Part shown: positions 19,151-30,340 of the stretch, in pieces
Layout: the number at the start of each line of letters is the position of its first letter
Numbering within the stretch: position 1 is the stretch's first letter
DNA from: a virus
Reading direction: 5' to 3' (one strand)
Virus record (IMG/VR): IMGVR_UViG_3300045988_145683
Span: 1-64,000 of that record
Length of the DNA stretch: 64,000 bases
Position numbers and translations under genes: made by a program
The notes under the pieces: model-generated
The model's input: only the letters and a program-made list of their open reading frames with translations
Databases searched by the model: none
What the model was told of the DNA's origin: nothing

Positions 19151-19297
19151 TTATGAATTAGCCATTAAATAGCGATGACCTCCCAATAAGAGGTCATCGC
19201 GCTAAAGTTAATTTATATGATGATTTTTGTAATATACTAAATTTAGAAGAAATACTTAAAGAGATAATAATTAAAACAAATAAGGAGAAATAACATA

Positions 19298-20293
19298 ATG
19301 GCTATTGATTTAACTAAAATTCAACCTCATAAGGTAAGTAAAGATCTTTCTGGTTATATCACTTTTATTTATGGCAAACCCAAGACCGGCAAGACTACTT
19401 TGGCGACTCAGATGCCGAATTCTTTGCTTTTAGCTTTTGAGCAAGGCTATAACTGCCTTCCTGGCGTTATGGCGGCGGACATTACTTCTTGGGCAGAAAT
19501 GAAGCAAGTCTATCGTGATTTGAAGCGTCCAGAAGTAAAGGCAATGTATAATGCTATTATTGTAGATACTATTGATGAAGCTGCTAAGTATTGTGAGAAA
19601 TATATTTGTAATCAAAATCAAATTGAATCTCTTGGAGACCTTGGTTATGGTAAGGGCTGGTCTAAATTCAAAGATGAATTTAATGAAGTTTTTAGAGGTT
19701 TAACTCGTCTTGGATATGCCGTTTTCTTTATCGGCCATGAAAAAGAACAAACTGTAACTCGTCCTGATGGTACTGAGGTTGTGGCAGTAAGACCAAATCT
19801 TTCTCAATCCACTCGCACTATTATTACCGGTATGGCTGATGTTTATGGGTATGCTCATCAAAAAGCAGCAGGCCAAATGTCTGTCCTAACTCTCCGTTCT
19901 GGTAATGACCTTATCGACTGTGGCGGTCGTTTTAAGTATATTGAGAGCGAAATTCCTATGAACTATGATAGTCTTATTAACGCCATTCATGAGGCTATTG
20001 ATAAGGAAGCGGCTGACAATGGTGGTAAATTTGTCACTGATGAAAAGATGGTCGTTGCTCCTGAAGCTCCTACTTATGATTATGAAGCACTTATGGCTGA
20101 ATTCCAAAATCTTGCTGGAGATATGATGAATAAGAATCCTGGATTCTTTGGTCCTCGTATCACTCAAATTATTGATAAATATTTGGGCAAAGGTAAGAAA
20201 ATTTCTGACGCCACTCCCGAACAGGCAGAATTTGTATCTTTAATTGTTGGTGAAATTAAAGATGATCTTCTTCCTCAAATGGAAAATAAGTAA
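19298..20293 (+). CDS. AAA_24 family RecA-like ATPase (Sak4-like recombination protein)
   Basis: ITFIYGKPKTGKTTLA Walker A and a Walker B hhhhD. No TAG codons. Confidence 0.7.
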   Translation: MAIDLTKIQPHKVSKDLSGYITFIYGKPKTGKTTLATQMPNSLLLAFEQGYNCLPGVMAADITSWAEMKQVYRDLKRPEVKAMYNAIIVDTIDEAAKYCEKYICNQNQIESLGDLGYGKGWSKFKDEFNEVFRGLTRLGYAVFFIGHEKEQTVTRPDGTEVVAVRPNLSQSTRTIITGMADVYGYAHQKAAGQMSVLTLRSGNDLIDCGGRFKYIESEIPMNYDSLINAIHEAIDKEAADNGGKFVTDEKMVVAPEAPTYDYEALMAEFQNLAGDMMNKNPGFFGPRITQIIDKYLGKGKKISDATPEQAEFVSLIVGEIKDDLLPQMENK

Positions 20294-20310
20294 ATAAAAT
20301 ATAATTTATA

Positions 20311-20345
20311 ACCGGAGTGATAAAAGTCGCTCCGGTTTGACTTTT
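20311..20345 (+). terminator. weak rho-independent terminator
   Basis: Imperfect hairpin ACCGGAG...CTCCGGT followed by a T-rich run. Overlaps the -35 of the next promoter. Confidence 0.35.
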
Positions 20346-20365
20346 ATTTAAAAATATTGTATAAT
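20337..20365 (+). promoter_or_regulatory. sigma70-like promoter TTGACT-17-TATAAT
   Basis: Exact hexamers with a 17-nt spacer. Confidence 0.5.
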
Positions 20366-20398
20366 ATTTATATAAAGTAATGGAAAGGAGTAATTTAT

Positions 20399-20959
20399 AT
20401 ACATAAAGTTAAATGTATTTATTGTCAGCAGACTTTTGATAGAGATAAGTTTCCTTATGTTCAAATAAAATCTCGAAGATATGCGCACCCTGAATGTGCT
20501 AAATAGGCTGAAAATGAAGACACTCCTTTACAAGTTCATAATCCGCCTGAAAAAGTAAAAACAAAAGAAGATTTAGATAAAGAAAAATTTGAAGAATATG
20601 TAAAAAATTTATTGGGAGAATCATATATTAATGCTCGCGTCCGCAAGCAAATGAATGATTATATCAGAGAATATCAATATACATATTCTGGAATGTTAAA
20701 AGCCTTAGTTTATTTTTATGAGGTTAAAGGAAATAATAAAAATAAAGCTAATGGTGGAATTGGTATTATACCTTTTATTTATAAAGACGCTTACAATTAT
20801 TATTATAATCTTTGGATGATTCAACAATCCAATAAAGATAAAAATGTTATTGATTACGTTCCTAAATTAAAGGAAATAAAAATTCCTATTCCTAAAAAAG
20901 AACCTCGAAAAAGATCAGTTTTTACATTTTTAGATGAATAGGAGGACTTAAATGCCGAG
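20399..20959 (+). CDS. hypothetical protein with N-terminal zinc ribbon; start codon uncertain (no ATG); 2 in-frame TAG codons
   Basis: Track ORF 20612..20941 extends in frame upstream through coding-like sequence CIYCQQTFDRDKFPYVQIKSRRYAHPEC. An AAAGGAG RBS sits at about 20384. Its terminal codon 20939 is TAG, and read-through reaches TAA 20957-20959. Confidence 0.3.
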
Positions 20960-22484
20960 TAAATATGTAGACCCAACAGCGATTACACAAGTTATAGGGT
21001 GTGTATATAATACTCCTTAGCTTTTGGATTTTACTGATAGATATACAATAACTGATGAAGATTTTGCTGATGAATTTCATAGAATTGTTTTTGGAGCAAT
21101 ATATAAAATTCATGAATTAGGAGCTTAGAAAATTACTTTAGAAAATATTAGTGATTTTCTTTCTTCTCGACCTAAATATGAAGCCACATTTAAAGTTAAT
21201 AAAGGTGAAGAATGGTTATTGAAAGTTTCTGAAAATGCGAAACCTTTGTCATTTGATTATTATTATGGTCGTTTAAAAAAAATGTCTCTACTTCGTGCTT
21301 ATGACAGATATGGCATTGATGTTTCTTTTATTTATGATCCTGATAATATTTTAGATACTGAAAAAAAACAATTACAAGAAGATAATCTTGATAATTCTTC
21401 ATTAGAGCATATCGCACAATTAATTGATGACCGTATAGAACAAATTAAATATGAGTATGTAAATGATGTTGAAGGAGTTGCAGTTCAAGCAGGTGATGGA
21501 ATTTTTGAATTGCTTGATGATTTAGAGCAACATCCAATAGCAGGAAGTCCTCTATATGGGCCATTAATTAATACAGTTACTCGTGGAGCAAGACTTAAAA
21601 AGTTTTATTTGCGCTCCGCGGCCACCGGTGTAGGTAAAACTCGTTCTATGATTGCGGATTCGTGCTATATTGCTTGTAATAAAATATATGATGATACTTT
21701 TGGAAGTTGGATTAAAAACGGAATTCAAGAACCAGTATTATATATAACTACAGAGCAAGATAAAAATGAAATTCAAACAATGATGCTTGCTTTTCTTTCT
21801 AATGTAAATGAAGAGCATATTATTTATAATGAATATCAAGGAAATGAAAAAGAACGAGTAATAGAAGCTGCAAAAATTCTTAAAGATAGTCCATTGTATA
21901 TTCGTGAATTACCTGATTTTTCATTACAAGATGTCGAAAATGAAATCAAAAAAGGCATCCGAGATCACGATGTAAAATATATCTTCCATGACTATATTCA
22001 TACAAGTATGAAAATTCTTGAAGAAATTACTCGTCGTAGTGGCGGAGTAAAACTTCGTGAAGATAATATACTTTTTATGCTATCTAACAAATTAAAAGAT
22101 ATCTGTAATCAGTATGGTGTTTTTATTATGTCAGCAACACAGTTAAACGGTGATTATGTTGATTCTAAAACCCCTGACCAGAATCTTTTGCGTGGAGCAA
22201 AATCTATTGCCGATAAAGTAGATTATGGATCAATTCTTTTAAATGTCCAAGATGATGATTTAATTTCATTGGAAAAAATACTAAACACAAAATTATTTGA
22301 TACTCCAACTATTAAAATGTCTGTTTATAAAAATAGGCGTGGTAGATATAAAGGAGTTATTTTATGGTGTAAGGCAGATTTAGGAACTTGTAGAATTATT
22401 CCTATGTTTTGTACTACATATGCTTATGAACTTGTTCCTATTGATGATATAAAAATTACTCTTGAAGAAGAGTCAGCTTTTTAA
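20952..22484 (+). CDS. dnaB: replicative DNA helicase (DnaB-like), 2 in-frame TAG codons
   Basis: ATG 20952 follows a TAGGAGGA RBS and is in frame with track ORF 21219..22484 through TAG codons at about 21018 and 21126. DnaB N-terminal domain, Walker A GVGKTRSM and a RecA-like C-terminus. Confidence 0.8.
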
Positions 22485-22670
22485 AATTAAGGAGAAAAAT
22501 TATGAAGAGTGGTAATGTTGAATACAAGATGAGTAATAGAATGGCTAAGGAAATTATTCGTACTTATAAGGCTATTCCTCGTTTGGCAAAGCTTCGTCCG
22601 CAAGAAATGCTTGTTCATTATGTTAACGAGCAGTGCGGACTTATGAGAAATTGTTCTAAAGTAATTACTT

Positions 22671-23774
22671 ATGATAGTATTTGATAAATCAGAAATTCGT
22701 CAAGCTCTTGGGCTTGAAAATATTTATGATTTATTAATTGAATGGGGCGGAGATCCTGAATATACAGAATTCGGGATTCTCTCTTCCACCATTTGTCATA
22801 ATCCTCCTGGAGAAGGTAGCAGAAAACTTTATTTTTATGAAAATACAGGATTATTCAAATGCTATACAGGATGTGATTCAACTTTTGATATTTTTGAATT
22901 ATGTTCTAAAGTAATGAAAATTCAATATGATGAAGAATTTGATTTAAATGATTCAGTTTTATGGGTTGCTCGTCGTTTTGGTTTATCAGGTATGATAAAA
23001 GATGACGATATGGGTAAAACTTTAGATGATTGGAAAATTTTATCAAATTATTCTCGTATCCAAGAGATTGAATTAAAAAATAATACAATTATTTTAAAAG
23101 ATTATGATGATTCTATTTTGAATAGATTAAATTATAATATTAAAATAATTCCTTGGCTTGATGAGGGGATTTCTCAAGAAGTAATTAATAAAGCACGTAT
23201 TGGTTTTTATCCAGGAGCCGATCAAATTACAATTCCTCATTATGATATTAGTGGAAGATTTGTAGGCTTGCGCGGACGCACTATGTGCAAAGACGAGGCG
23301 GACTTATATGGGAAATATAGACCAATGAAAATAAATAATCAATTATATAATCACCCTCTTGGAATGAACTTATATGGATTAAATTGGTCTAAAAATGCCA
23401 TTAGCATAATGAAAAAAGCAATCATTTTTGAAAGTGAAAAATCAGTATTGAAATATGCTACTGATTTCGGTTGGAATAACAATATATCAGTAGCTTGTTG
23501 CGGAAGTAATGTTTCTTCGCATCAAATTCAATTATTATTAGATAGTGGCGCGCAAGAAATTATAATTGCTTTTGATAGACAATTCCAAGAAATTGGAGAC
23601 GCAGAATTTCAACACTTAAAGTTAAATCTTTTAAAGATTAGAACTAAATTTAAAAATGATGTGCTTATATCTTTTATTTTTGATAAAAATATGATTACAA
23701 AATACAAAGATTCACCAATTGATGATGGCAAAGAAAAATTTTTACAATTATATAAGGAAAGGATATTTATATGA
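22671..23774 (+). CDS. dnaG: DNA primase (DnaG-like: CHC2 zinc finger + TOPRIM)
   Basis: CHNPPGEGSRKLYFYENTGLFKCYTGC zinc-binding motif and a downstream TOPRIM-like region. TGA stop. Confidence 0.7.
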   Translation: MIVFDKSEIRQALGLENIYDLLIEWGGDPEYTEFGILSSTICHNPPGEGSRKLYFYENTGLFKCYTGCDSTFDIFELCSKVMKIQYDEEFDLNDSVLWVARRFGLSGMIKDDDMGKTLDDWKILSNYSRIQEIELKNNTIILKDYDDSILNRLNYNIKIIPWLDEGISQEVINKARIGFYPGADQITIPHYDISGRFVGLRGRTMCKDEADLYGKYRPMKINNQLYNHPLGMNLYGLNWSKNAISIMKKAIIFESEKSVLKYATDFGWNNNISVACCGSNVSSHQIQLLLDSGAQEIIIAFDRQFQEIGDAEFQHLKLNLLKIRTKFKNDVLISFIFDKNMITKYKDSPIDDGKEKFLQLYKERIFI

Positions 23775-24061
23775 ATGATGATTATGATATTCCTATCTCT
23801 GTAAATGATACAATTATTTCATTGAGTGCGCAGATTGAAGGATTAAAAAAACAAAGAGATAGTTTGCTCCGAAGCTGTATTTATTGTGATAAATGTAATA
23901 AATATTATGATAAAACCAGTAATTGTATTTCAAGCGGAATTGAAACTCGAAAAGTAATTAGGTATAATGGAGATTTAGAAAAAGGATATACGGAAATGGA
24001 AATTCCTGTTCTTTTTCATATTTGTCCATTAGGACATAAGATGGGAGAAAGTGGTTTATGA
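23771..24061 (+). CDS. hypothetical Cys-rich protein
   Basis: Track ORF. CIYCDKCNKYY...CPLGH. Confidence 0.35.
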   Translation: MNDDYDIPISVNDTIISLSAQIEGLKKQRDSLLRSCIYCDKCNKYYDKTSNCISSGIETRKVIRYNGDLEKGYTEMEIPVLFHICPLGHKMGESGL

Positions 24062-24375
24062 CAGGTATCGTTTGGTGTAATACTTTCATTGAAGGAACTG
24101 AACAATTAGAGAGAATTGAAGAACAATATAAAGCGATGAGTATAAAACCAATAGAAAAAAATAAATCTATCAATCGTTATTCTATAGTTTTTGAAAATGA
24201 AGATTATTGGAAAGTAGTTATTTCTACTGGAAATGCCAGAGGTCATAAGTGTAATATTTCTTATATTTCTCGTCAAACCCCTCTTTCAGTTATTGAAACT
24301 ATTATTTTTCCATGCACAAAAGCCCTTCCTTATACTGCTTATCATTACTATGGTGATCCAGTAGGAGAGGACTGA
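24058..24375 (+). CDS. hypothetical protein
   Basis: Track ORF. TGA stop. Confidence 0.35.
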   Translation: MTGIVWCNTFIEGTEQLERIEEQYKAMSIKPIEKNKSINRYSIVFENEDYWKVVISTGNARGHKCNISYISRQTPLSVIETIIFPCTKALPYTAYHYYGDPVGED

Positions 24376-24444
24376 TATGAATAAGTAAATTATAGAAATT
24401 CTTAAATAATAGTGGTGGTATTATGAAAGGAGGTTGAATAGCCT

Positions 24445-26193
24445 ATGGACTATCAACTAAAAGCTCCTCGCATCCCGCAGTATTCAGCGGTCGAACAGGT
24501 GCTAACCAATAGAGGAATTAAATTACAAGATATTCCTCATTATCTTAATACCACTGATGACGACATTATCGAACCAGCAACTATTGATAGAATAGAAAAT
24601 GGTGCAAAAATGCTCGTCAAACATATTGCACAAAATGACAAAGTTCTTATATAGGTAGATAGTGATTGTGATGGCTATACTTCGGCGGCCGCACTCATGA
24701 ATTACTTATACTGTCTTTTTCCTGCGTTTGTGCAAAACAATATTTTTTATCGTGTCCATGCAGGAAAACAACACGGAATTATACCAGATAGTATTGATAA
24801 AGATATTAAATTAGTAATTGCTCCAGATTCTTCATCAAATGATTATTTAGAACACGAATATTTATATAAAAATGGTATTGACGTGTTGGTAATAGACCAC
24901 CATGAAGCTGATAAAATATCATAGTATGCTTGTATTATTAACAACCAATTATGTGATTATCCAACTAAATCTTTATCTGGTGTAGGAATGGTTTATAAGT
25001 TTTGTTGTTATATTGATGAACTTATGAATGTTCGGTATGCGGATCATATATTGGATTTAGTTGCTCTTGGAATGGTGGCCGACATGATGGATATGCGTGA
25101 TTTTGAAACAAAACATTTAATTAATAAAGGCTTACAACAAATCACCAATCCTTACTTCAGAGGCATAATCAATAGAGATTAGTTTCATTTTAATAATGAG
25201 ATTACGCCTATTGGAGTAGCTTTCTATATTGCTCCTTTAGTTAATGCAACTACTCGTGTTGGGACGCAAGAAGAAAAGCTCATGCTATTCGAGTCAATGC
25301 TTGATTTTAAGGGATACGAACTTGTCCCTTCAACAAAACGTGGATGTAAAGGTCAAGCAGAAACAAGAGTAGAACAAGCTTGTCGTAATTGTACTAATAT
25401 CAAGAATAGGCAAACTAAAATCAGAGACACTAGCTTGGAAAAAATTGAATAGATAATCGTAAATCAAAATCTTTTAAGTAATAAAATCTTAGGAATTAAG
25501 TTAGATGGATTTGCTGCTGACAAAAATTTGACTGGGTTAATGGCCAATCAATTAATGAGCAAATATCAACGTCCTGTTTTAATTCTTAATAAAACAATAG
25601 ATGAAGAAACTCAACAAATTTGTTGGGAAGGCTCCGGCAGAGGATACGACAAATCCACACTTAAAGACTTTAGAGAATTTTGTCAAAAATCAAATCTAAT
25701 TATGTATGCGGAAGGACATCCTAACGCTTTTGGATTTGGTATTATTGATGATAATTTTGATAAATTTATTGAATATGCGAATTCTGCTTTACAAGATTTT
25801 GATTTCACCCCAATTTATAGTGTTGATTTTATTTATCACACTAATGATTTAGTTGGAAAAGATATCATTGATATTGCTCAACTTAAACCACTTTGGGGCC
25901 AAGGGGTAGAAGAAGCATCTATTGCCGTTGAAGGAGTAAAAGTTGCATCAAATAACTTAACTTTAATGTCAAAAGATAAAAATCCTACCTTGAAGATAAC
26001 TATGCCAGATGGCATCAGTTTAATCAAGTTTAAGTCGTCCGAGGAGGAATACGAGAAATTGTATTCTGAATAGGGTTATGTGACAATTAATATCGTTGGT
26101 AAATGCGAACGAAATATATGGAATAATAATATTAGTCCTTAGATTATTATAGAAGATTACGAAATTGTAGATAGGGCTGCTTATTATTTTTAA
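24445..26193 (+). CDS. DHH-family phosphoesterase (RecJ-like ssDNA exonuclease), 6 in-frame TAG codons
   Basis: Track ORFs 24445, 24697, 24988 and 25528 are in one frame, separated only by TAG (24655, 24925, 25183, 25438). The apparent stop 26071 is TAG; read-through reaches TAA 26191. Motifs DSDCDGYTS, VIDHHEA (DHH), EGHPNAFGFGI (DHHA1). Confidence 0.7.
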
Positions 26194-26246
26194 TAATTGA
26201 CACTACGACTAATAGACTTAAAAAACCTATTAGGAGGAAATCATTT

Positions 26247-27086
26247 ATGAAAAGATATAAGATTTTAGCAGGAAGTATTATTTGTTTTGTATTAATTTTT
26301 ATTTTACAAACATCTGCTCTTGCTTTAAATTATAGCGAAATTACTACTTTTTCGGAAGCTTACATCCCTTCTGAATCATCAACTGTATATAATTTCTTAA
26401 CAGAAGAAACTGCTGTTATGGAGCCTATGAGTAGAGAAATTAGCGATACAGTTAATCGTAAAGAACTTAAATCTCTGATCCAAGAATATCAAGAGATTGT
26501 AAATAGCGCTCATGACTTAGCCGAAGCAACAAGAGCACTAGGATATGATGAAAATCATCCTATTATTGAATTTGCTAAAAAAGAATATGAAACTGCTAAT
26601 GAATATTTAGAAATTTATCAAAATCGTTTAAACGAAATTAATTCTCAATGGAATGATAAATTATCTATTTATCCAGTAGCGACAGAAATTTGGCTTTATA
26701 TGAAAGACCAAGGTTGGAATGACGCGGTTTGCGCTGGCATTTTAGGTAATATGATGGCGGAATGTGGCGGACATACTTTATCCTTACAGCCAACTGCTTC
26801 TAATAAATATTATTATGGAATTTGTCAATGGAGTAAAGGATATCCAAGTGTTTGGTATTCTAATTTAGATTCACAATGTGAATTCTTAATAAATACTATT
26901 GAATATGAATTTAATACTTTTGGTTCTTCATATAAAAGAGGATTTAATTTTAATTCTTTTTTAAATTTAAATGACGAGAAAGAAGTTGCGAAAGCATTTG
27001 CGAAATGTTATGAGCGTTGCGGGTCAAGTTCTTTGAATCAAAGACAAAAGAATGCGACCATTGCTTATAATTATTTTACTAATTAA
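26247..27086 (+). CDS. secreted/lipoprotein-like peptidoglycan hydrolase with tail-lysozyme-like domain
   Basis: N-terminal signal/TM peptide. C-terminal CAGILGNMMAECGG...YYGICQWS, paralogous to domain 1 of the 6261 lysin. Confidence 0.45.
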   Translation: MKRYKILAGSIICFVLIFILQTSALALNYSEITTFSEAYIPSESSTVYNFLTEETAVMEPMSREISDTVNRKELKSLIQEYQEIVNSAHDLAEATRALGYDENHPIIEFAKKEYETANEYLEIYQNRLNEINSQWNDKLSIYPVATEIWLYMKDQGWNDAVCAGILGNMMAECGGHTLSLQPTASNKYYYGICQWSKGYPSVWYSNLDSQCEFLINTIEYEFNTFGSSYKRGFNFNSFLNLNDEKEVAKAFAKCYERCGSSSLNQRQKNATIAYNYFTN

Positions 27087-27090
27087 TTTT

Positions 27091-27137
27091 ATGGCTATAT
27101 GAAGATTTATTTCTTCATATAGCCATTATTTTCATTT
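27091..27137 (+). terminator. rho-independent terminator
   Basis: 15-bp stem ATGGCTATATGAAGA...TCTTCATATAGCCAT followed by a T-rich run. Confidence 0.6.
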
Positions 27138-27149
27138 ATGGAGTAAATT

Positions 27150-27593
27150 GTGGAAAAACTTAATTATTATGATAGTGATATCAATATGATATGGCAATCA
27201 AGCCCAGAGGAAAGTGGCGAAGCCCTTAGAAAGCTTTCAAGAACTTTAGCATCTTATAGTTATGAATATAAAAAAGCTAATGATGAAATAAATAATCAAT
27301 TGGCTAAGTTAGGAATTTCTTCCGAAGAAAAATTATTTGATGTATTAAATAAATTAGCAGACATATGGATTAAAGCTTCCACTACTGGTTATAAAGAAGA
27401 AGGGTACTGGCCCGAACCGGGGACAGACGAAGAAGCCGACAAATCAAATGAAAAAAGTGATTTAGAAATTTTTGGGGAAAAACTTAAATCTGAAATTTTT
27501 TCTGAATCTAATCCGCATACAGAAACTATCTCTTTTGGGCCTCCTATAACAATTGAAGCAGATAATACAAATAAAGAATTTATTATATTCTAA
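27150..27593 (+). CDS. hypothetical acidic protein
   Basis: Track ORF (GTG/ATG start region). TAA stop. Confidence 0.35.
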   Translation: MEKLNYYDSDINMIWQSSPEESGEALRKLSRTLASYSYEYKKANDEINNQLAKLGISSEEKLFDVLNKLADIWIKASTTGYKEEGYWPEPGTDEEADKSNEKSDLEIFGEKLKSEIFSESNPHTETISFGPPITIEADNTNKEFIIF

Positions 27594-27595
27594 AT

Positions 27596-27624
27596 TTGAC
27601 TAAATAATTAAAATATGGTATTAT
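27596..27624 (+). promoter_or_regulatory. sigma70-like promoter TTGACT-17-TATTAT followed by conserved ATAAATATAAATGAA box
   Basis: Hexamers with a 17-nt spacer. The downstream 21-mer TATTATATAAATATAAATGAA recurs at 30240. Confidence 0.45.
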
Positions 27625-27660
27625 ATAAATATAAATGAAGAAAGAAGAAAAAAAAATATT

Positions 27661-27939
27661 ATGGATTTAAAAGAAATGGTTGAAAAAGCTCATAAATACG
27701 ATAATAGTTTAGAATTTTTTGAAGAAAGAGAAAAACATACTAAAGGTTATATATATGACAGTCTTTGTTATAGATACCAATTAGCTCGCTATAAAGCAAT
27801 GAATGAAGATATTGAAAATTATATTAATAGTAGAGGATATACTAAAAAAGAAGCTGAAAATGCGGCTAGAGAACTCTATGAAAGAGATTGTATACGCTTT
27901 TATCAAATTCTTAATGAGGCAATTGGAGAACATGACTAA
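27661..27939 (+). CDS. hypothetical protein
   Basis: Track ORF. Confidence 0.35.
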   Translation: MDLKEMVEKAHKYDNSLEFFEEREKHTKGYIYDSLCYRYQLARYKAMNEDIENYINSRGYTKKEAENAARELYERDCIRFYQILNEAIGEHD

Positions 27940-28160
27940 TGTGGATTTATTGGAAAGAACAATGTAATTATTGTTCTAATTATGAAAATTGTTCTTATTA
28001 TAATAAAGTTCAAGAATTAATTTCTAAATTAGATAACATAGATAGACATACAACAGGCGTTTATGGAACATTGAAATGGGCTTGTGATTATTTTATAGTT
28101 GATGAAAATAAATATTATAGATTAAACCCTGGAGAGTGTGAAAATGGAATTAACTCGTAA
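27939..28160 (+). CDS. hypothetical Cys-rich small protein
   Basis: Track ORF with overlapping ATGA start. Confidence 0.35.
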   Translation: MWIYWKEQCNYCSNYENCSYYNKVQELISKLDNIDRHTTGVYGTLKWACDYFIVDENKYYRLNPGECENGINS

Positions 28161-29337
28161 ACAAGAAGAAGGATTGAAAATTGCGGTTGAGCGCTATTAT
28201 GCCCATGAGCGTTGGACTTGTATAGCAGGATATGCGGGAAGTGGAAAGAGCACTTTGATTAAATTTATTATTTCTGCTCTTGATGTCGACCCAGAAGAAG
28301 AAGTTTGTTATGTGGCATTTACAGGTAAAGCCGCGACTGTGCTTCAACAAAAAGGTTGTCCAAACGCAACAACTGCGCATAAACTTTTATATAAAGCTAA
28401 AATGATGGCTAACGGAACTTTTAAATTCTTTCCAAAAGATAACAGTGAATTAGCACAATATAAAGTAATTGTTGTCGATGAAGTATCAATGCTCCCTAAA
28501 AAATTATGGGATTTAATGTTAACCCATGGTATTTATATCATCGCGGCGGGCGATCCAGGCCAATTGCCACCTGTAGATCCTAATGAAAATAATCACGTAT
28601 TAGATAAACCACATATTTTTCTCGATGAAATTATGCGTCAAGCGCAAGATAGTGAGATTATTCGTTTCTCAATGTGGATTAGAGAAGGTAAATCTTTAAT
28701 TTCTTATCGCCCAGAAGGAAAACAAGTGAGAGTATATGATAAAAGTCAAGTTATACCTGAAATGTATGATTGGGCGGATTAGATTATTTGTGCTAAAAAT
28801 ACCACAAGAACTAAAATTAATAATGTAGTCCGATTAAGAAAAGGATTTGATCCTAATATTCCTCAAATTGGAGATAAAATTATTGGATTACATAATAACT
28901 GGGATTTTATGTCTGAGAACCGAGTATGGGCTTTAACTAATGGCACTGTTGGAACTATTGAAGATTTTTATACTGAAGACATTCGAGTCCCTTATTATAT
29001 TTCAGAAGTTCCTATTACTTATATGTTTACTCAAATTGTTTTAAGCGATGGAGATAAATTTTGTGGGACTCCAATTGATTATAAACAACTTATCACCGGT
29101 GAAGGGACTCTTACTGGTAGCCAATGCTATCAATTAAGAAATAATAAACAATGCCTCGATCCTCCGCTTGATTTCTCCTATGCTTATGCTATTACCTGTT
29201 GGAAAGCGCAAGGTAGTGAATATGGAAAAGTATTAGGATTTGAAGAAAATCATCCTTTTGATCGAGAAGAGCATAAAAAGTATTTATATACTATGGCTAC
29301 TAGAGCCAGCGATAAATTAGTAATTATAAGGAAGTAA
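28138..29337 (+). CDS. SF1B DNA helicase (Dda/RecD-like), 1 in-frame TAG
   Basis: Track ORFs 28138..28782 and 28909..29337 are in frame across TAG 28783. GYAGSGKST, VVDEVSM, AAGDPGQLPPV, YAITCWKAQGSEY. Confidence 0.8.
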
Positions 29338-29340
29338 TAA

Positions 29341-29985
29341 ATGAAAAAAATATTATCAATAGATTTTGATATTATAATGTCTCCTTGTATTCAACTTTAT
29401 AACAATTATTCAACTGATGATTGGGAAGCATTATGTTCTCATTTTGAAATTTTAAAATTTGCTAAACCTGATTATATTCATTTTAAAAGGCTTTTACAAC
29501 TTTTATTAAAATTAAGTAAAAGTATGAAAAAAGAAAACATTCATTTCATTGCTTCACATGAAATGATTGCTACTTATGTTGATAAGAATATAAATGATAC
29601 TATATCTTTAATTAATATAGATCATCATCATGATATCGCTTATACAGACAAAGATATTGAAAATAAAATTGAAGATTTAAATTGTGGAAATTGGGTAAAA
29701 TATCTATCTGAAGAAGGCAAATTAGAAAATTATGTTTGGATTAGAAATGAAGATTCAACTAATTATCCAGAAGATAGAAAATTTAATTTTTCTTCTACTC
29801 CTATTATAGAGTGTAATTTAGAAACAATTGATGCTCCTGATGAATTGTTTATTTGTCTATCCCCTCAATGGATTCCACCTCATTTAAGATGTCTTTTTTA
29901 TATTATTGTAGATATATTTAATAGTATTTATGATACTGAATTTAAAGTTCAAGGAGACGAAGAAGATAATGGTAAATACATCTAA
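29341..29985 (+). CDS. hypothetical protein
   Basis: Track ORF. Confidence 0.35.
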   Translation: MKKILSIDFDIIMSPCIQLYNNYSTDDWEALCSHFEILKFAKPDYIHFKRLLQLLLKLSKSMKKENIHFIASHEMIATYVDKNINDTISLINIDHHHDIAYTDKDIENKIEDLNCGNWVKYLSEEGKLENYVWIRNEDSTNYPEDRKFNFSSTPIIECNLETIDAPDELFICLSPQWIPPHLRCLFYIIVDIFNSIYDTEFKVQGDEEDNGKYI

Positions 29986-30232
29986 TTTAAATTCAAGTAT
30001 TAATGCTATACTTGAAAATAATATGTTTCTTAAAGACGCGGATTTAGCTTAGGATTTAAACTCTAATTTAGAACTTTTTACCCATGACTTAAATGTAGAA
30101 TTAGATGCGTTAAATTCTATGATTTGTGATAATATAAATAAGATATCAACTCGGTCAAGAGAATTTGCTGATTTTTTAAAAGATATTCGTAGTACATGCG
30201 ATAATTATATCTCTCGATTTGATTATTATTAA
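29969..30232 (+). CDS. small hypothetical protein (1 in-frame TAG)
   Basis: ATG 29969 overlaps the upstream gene's end. TAG at 30050. TAA at 30230. Confidence 0.3.
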
Positions 30233-30245
30233 ATAATATGATATT
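30217..30245 (+). promoter_or_regulatory. sigma70-like promoter TTGATT-17-TATTAT followed by conserved ATAAATATAAATGAA box
   Basis: Same architecture as the 27596 element. Confidence 0.45.
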
Positions 30246-30340
30246 ATATAAATATAAATGAAAGATGAAAGTCGGGCAATCTTAAAAAATTTCTATTGTT
30301 AGATTTTCAAATAATATAACAAAATTAAAGGAGATTTTTT

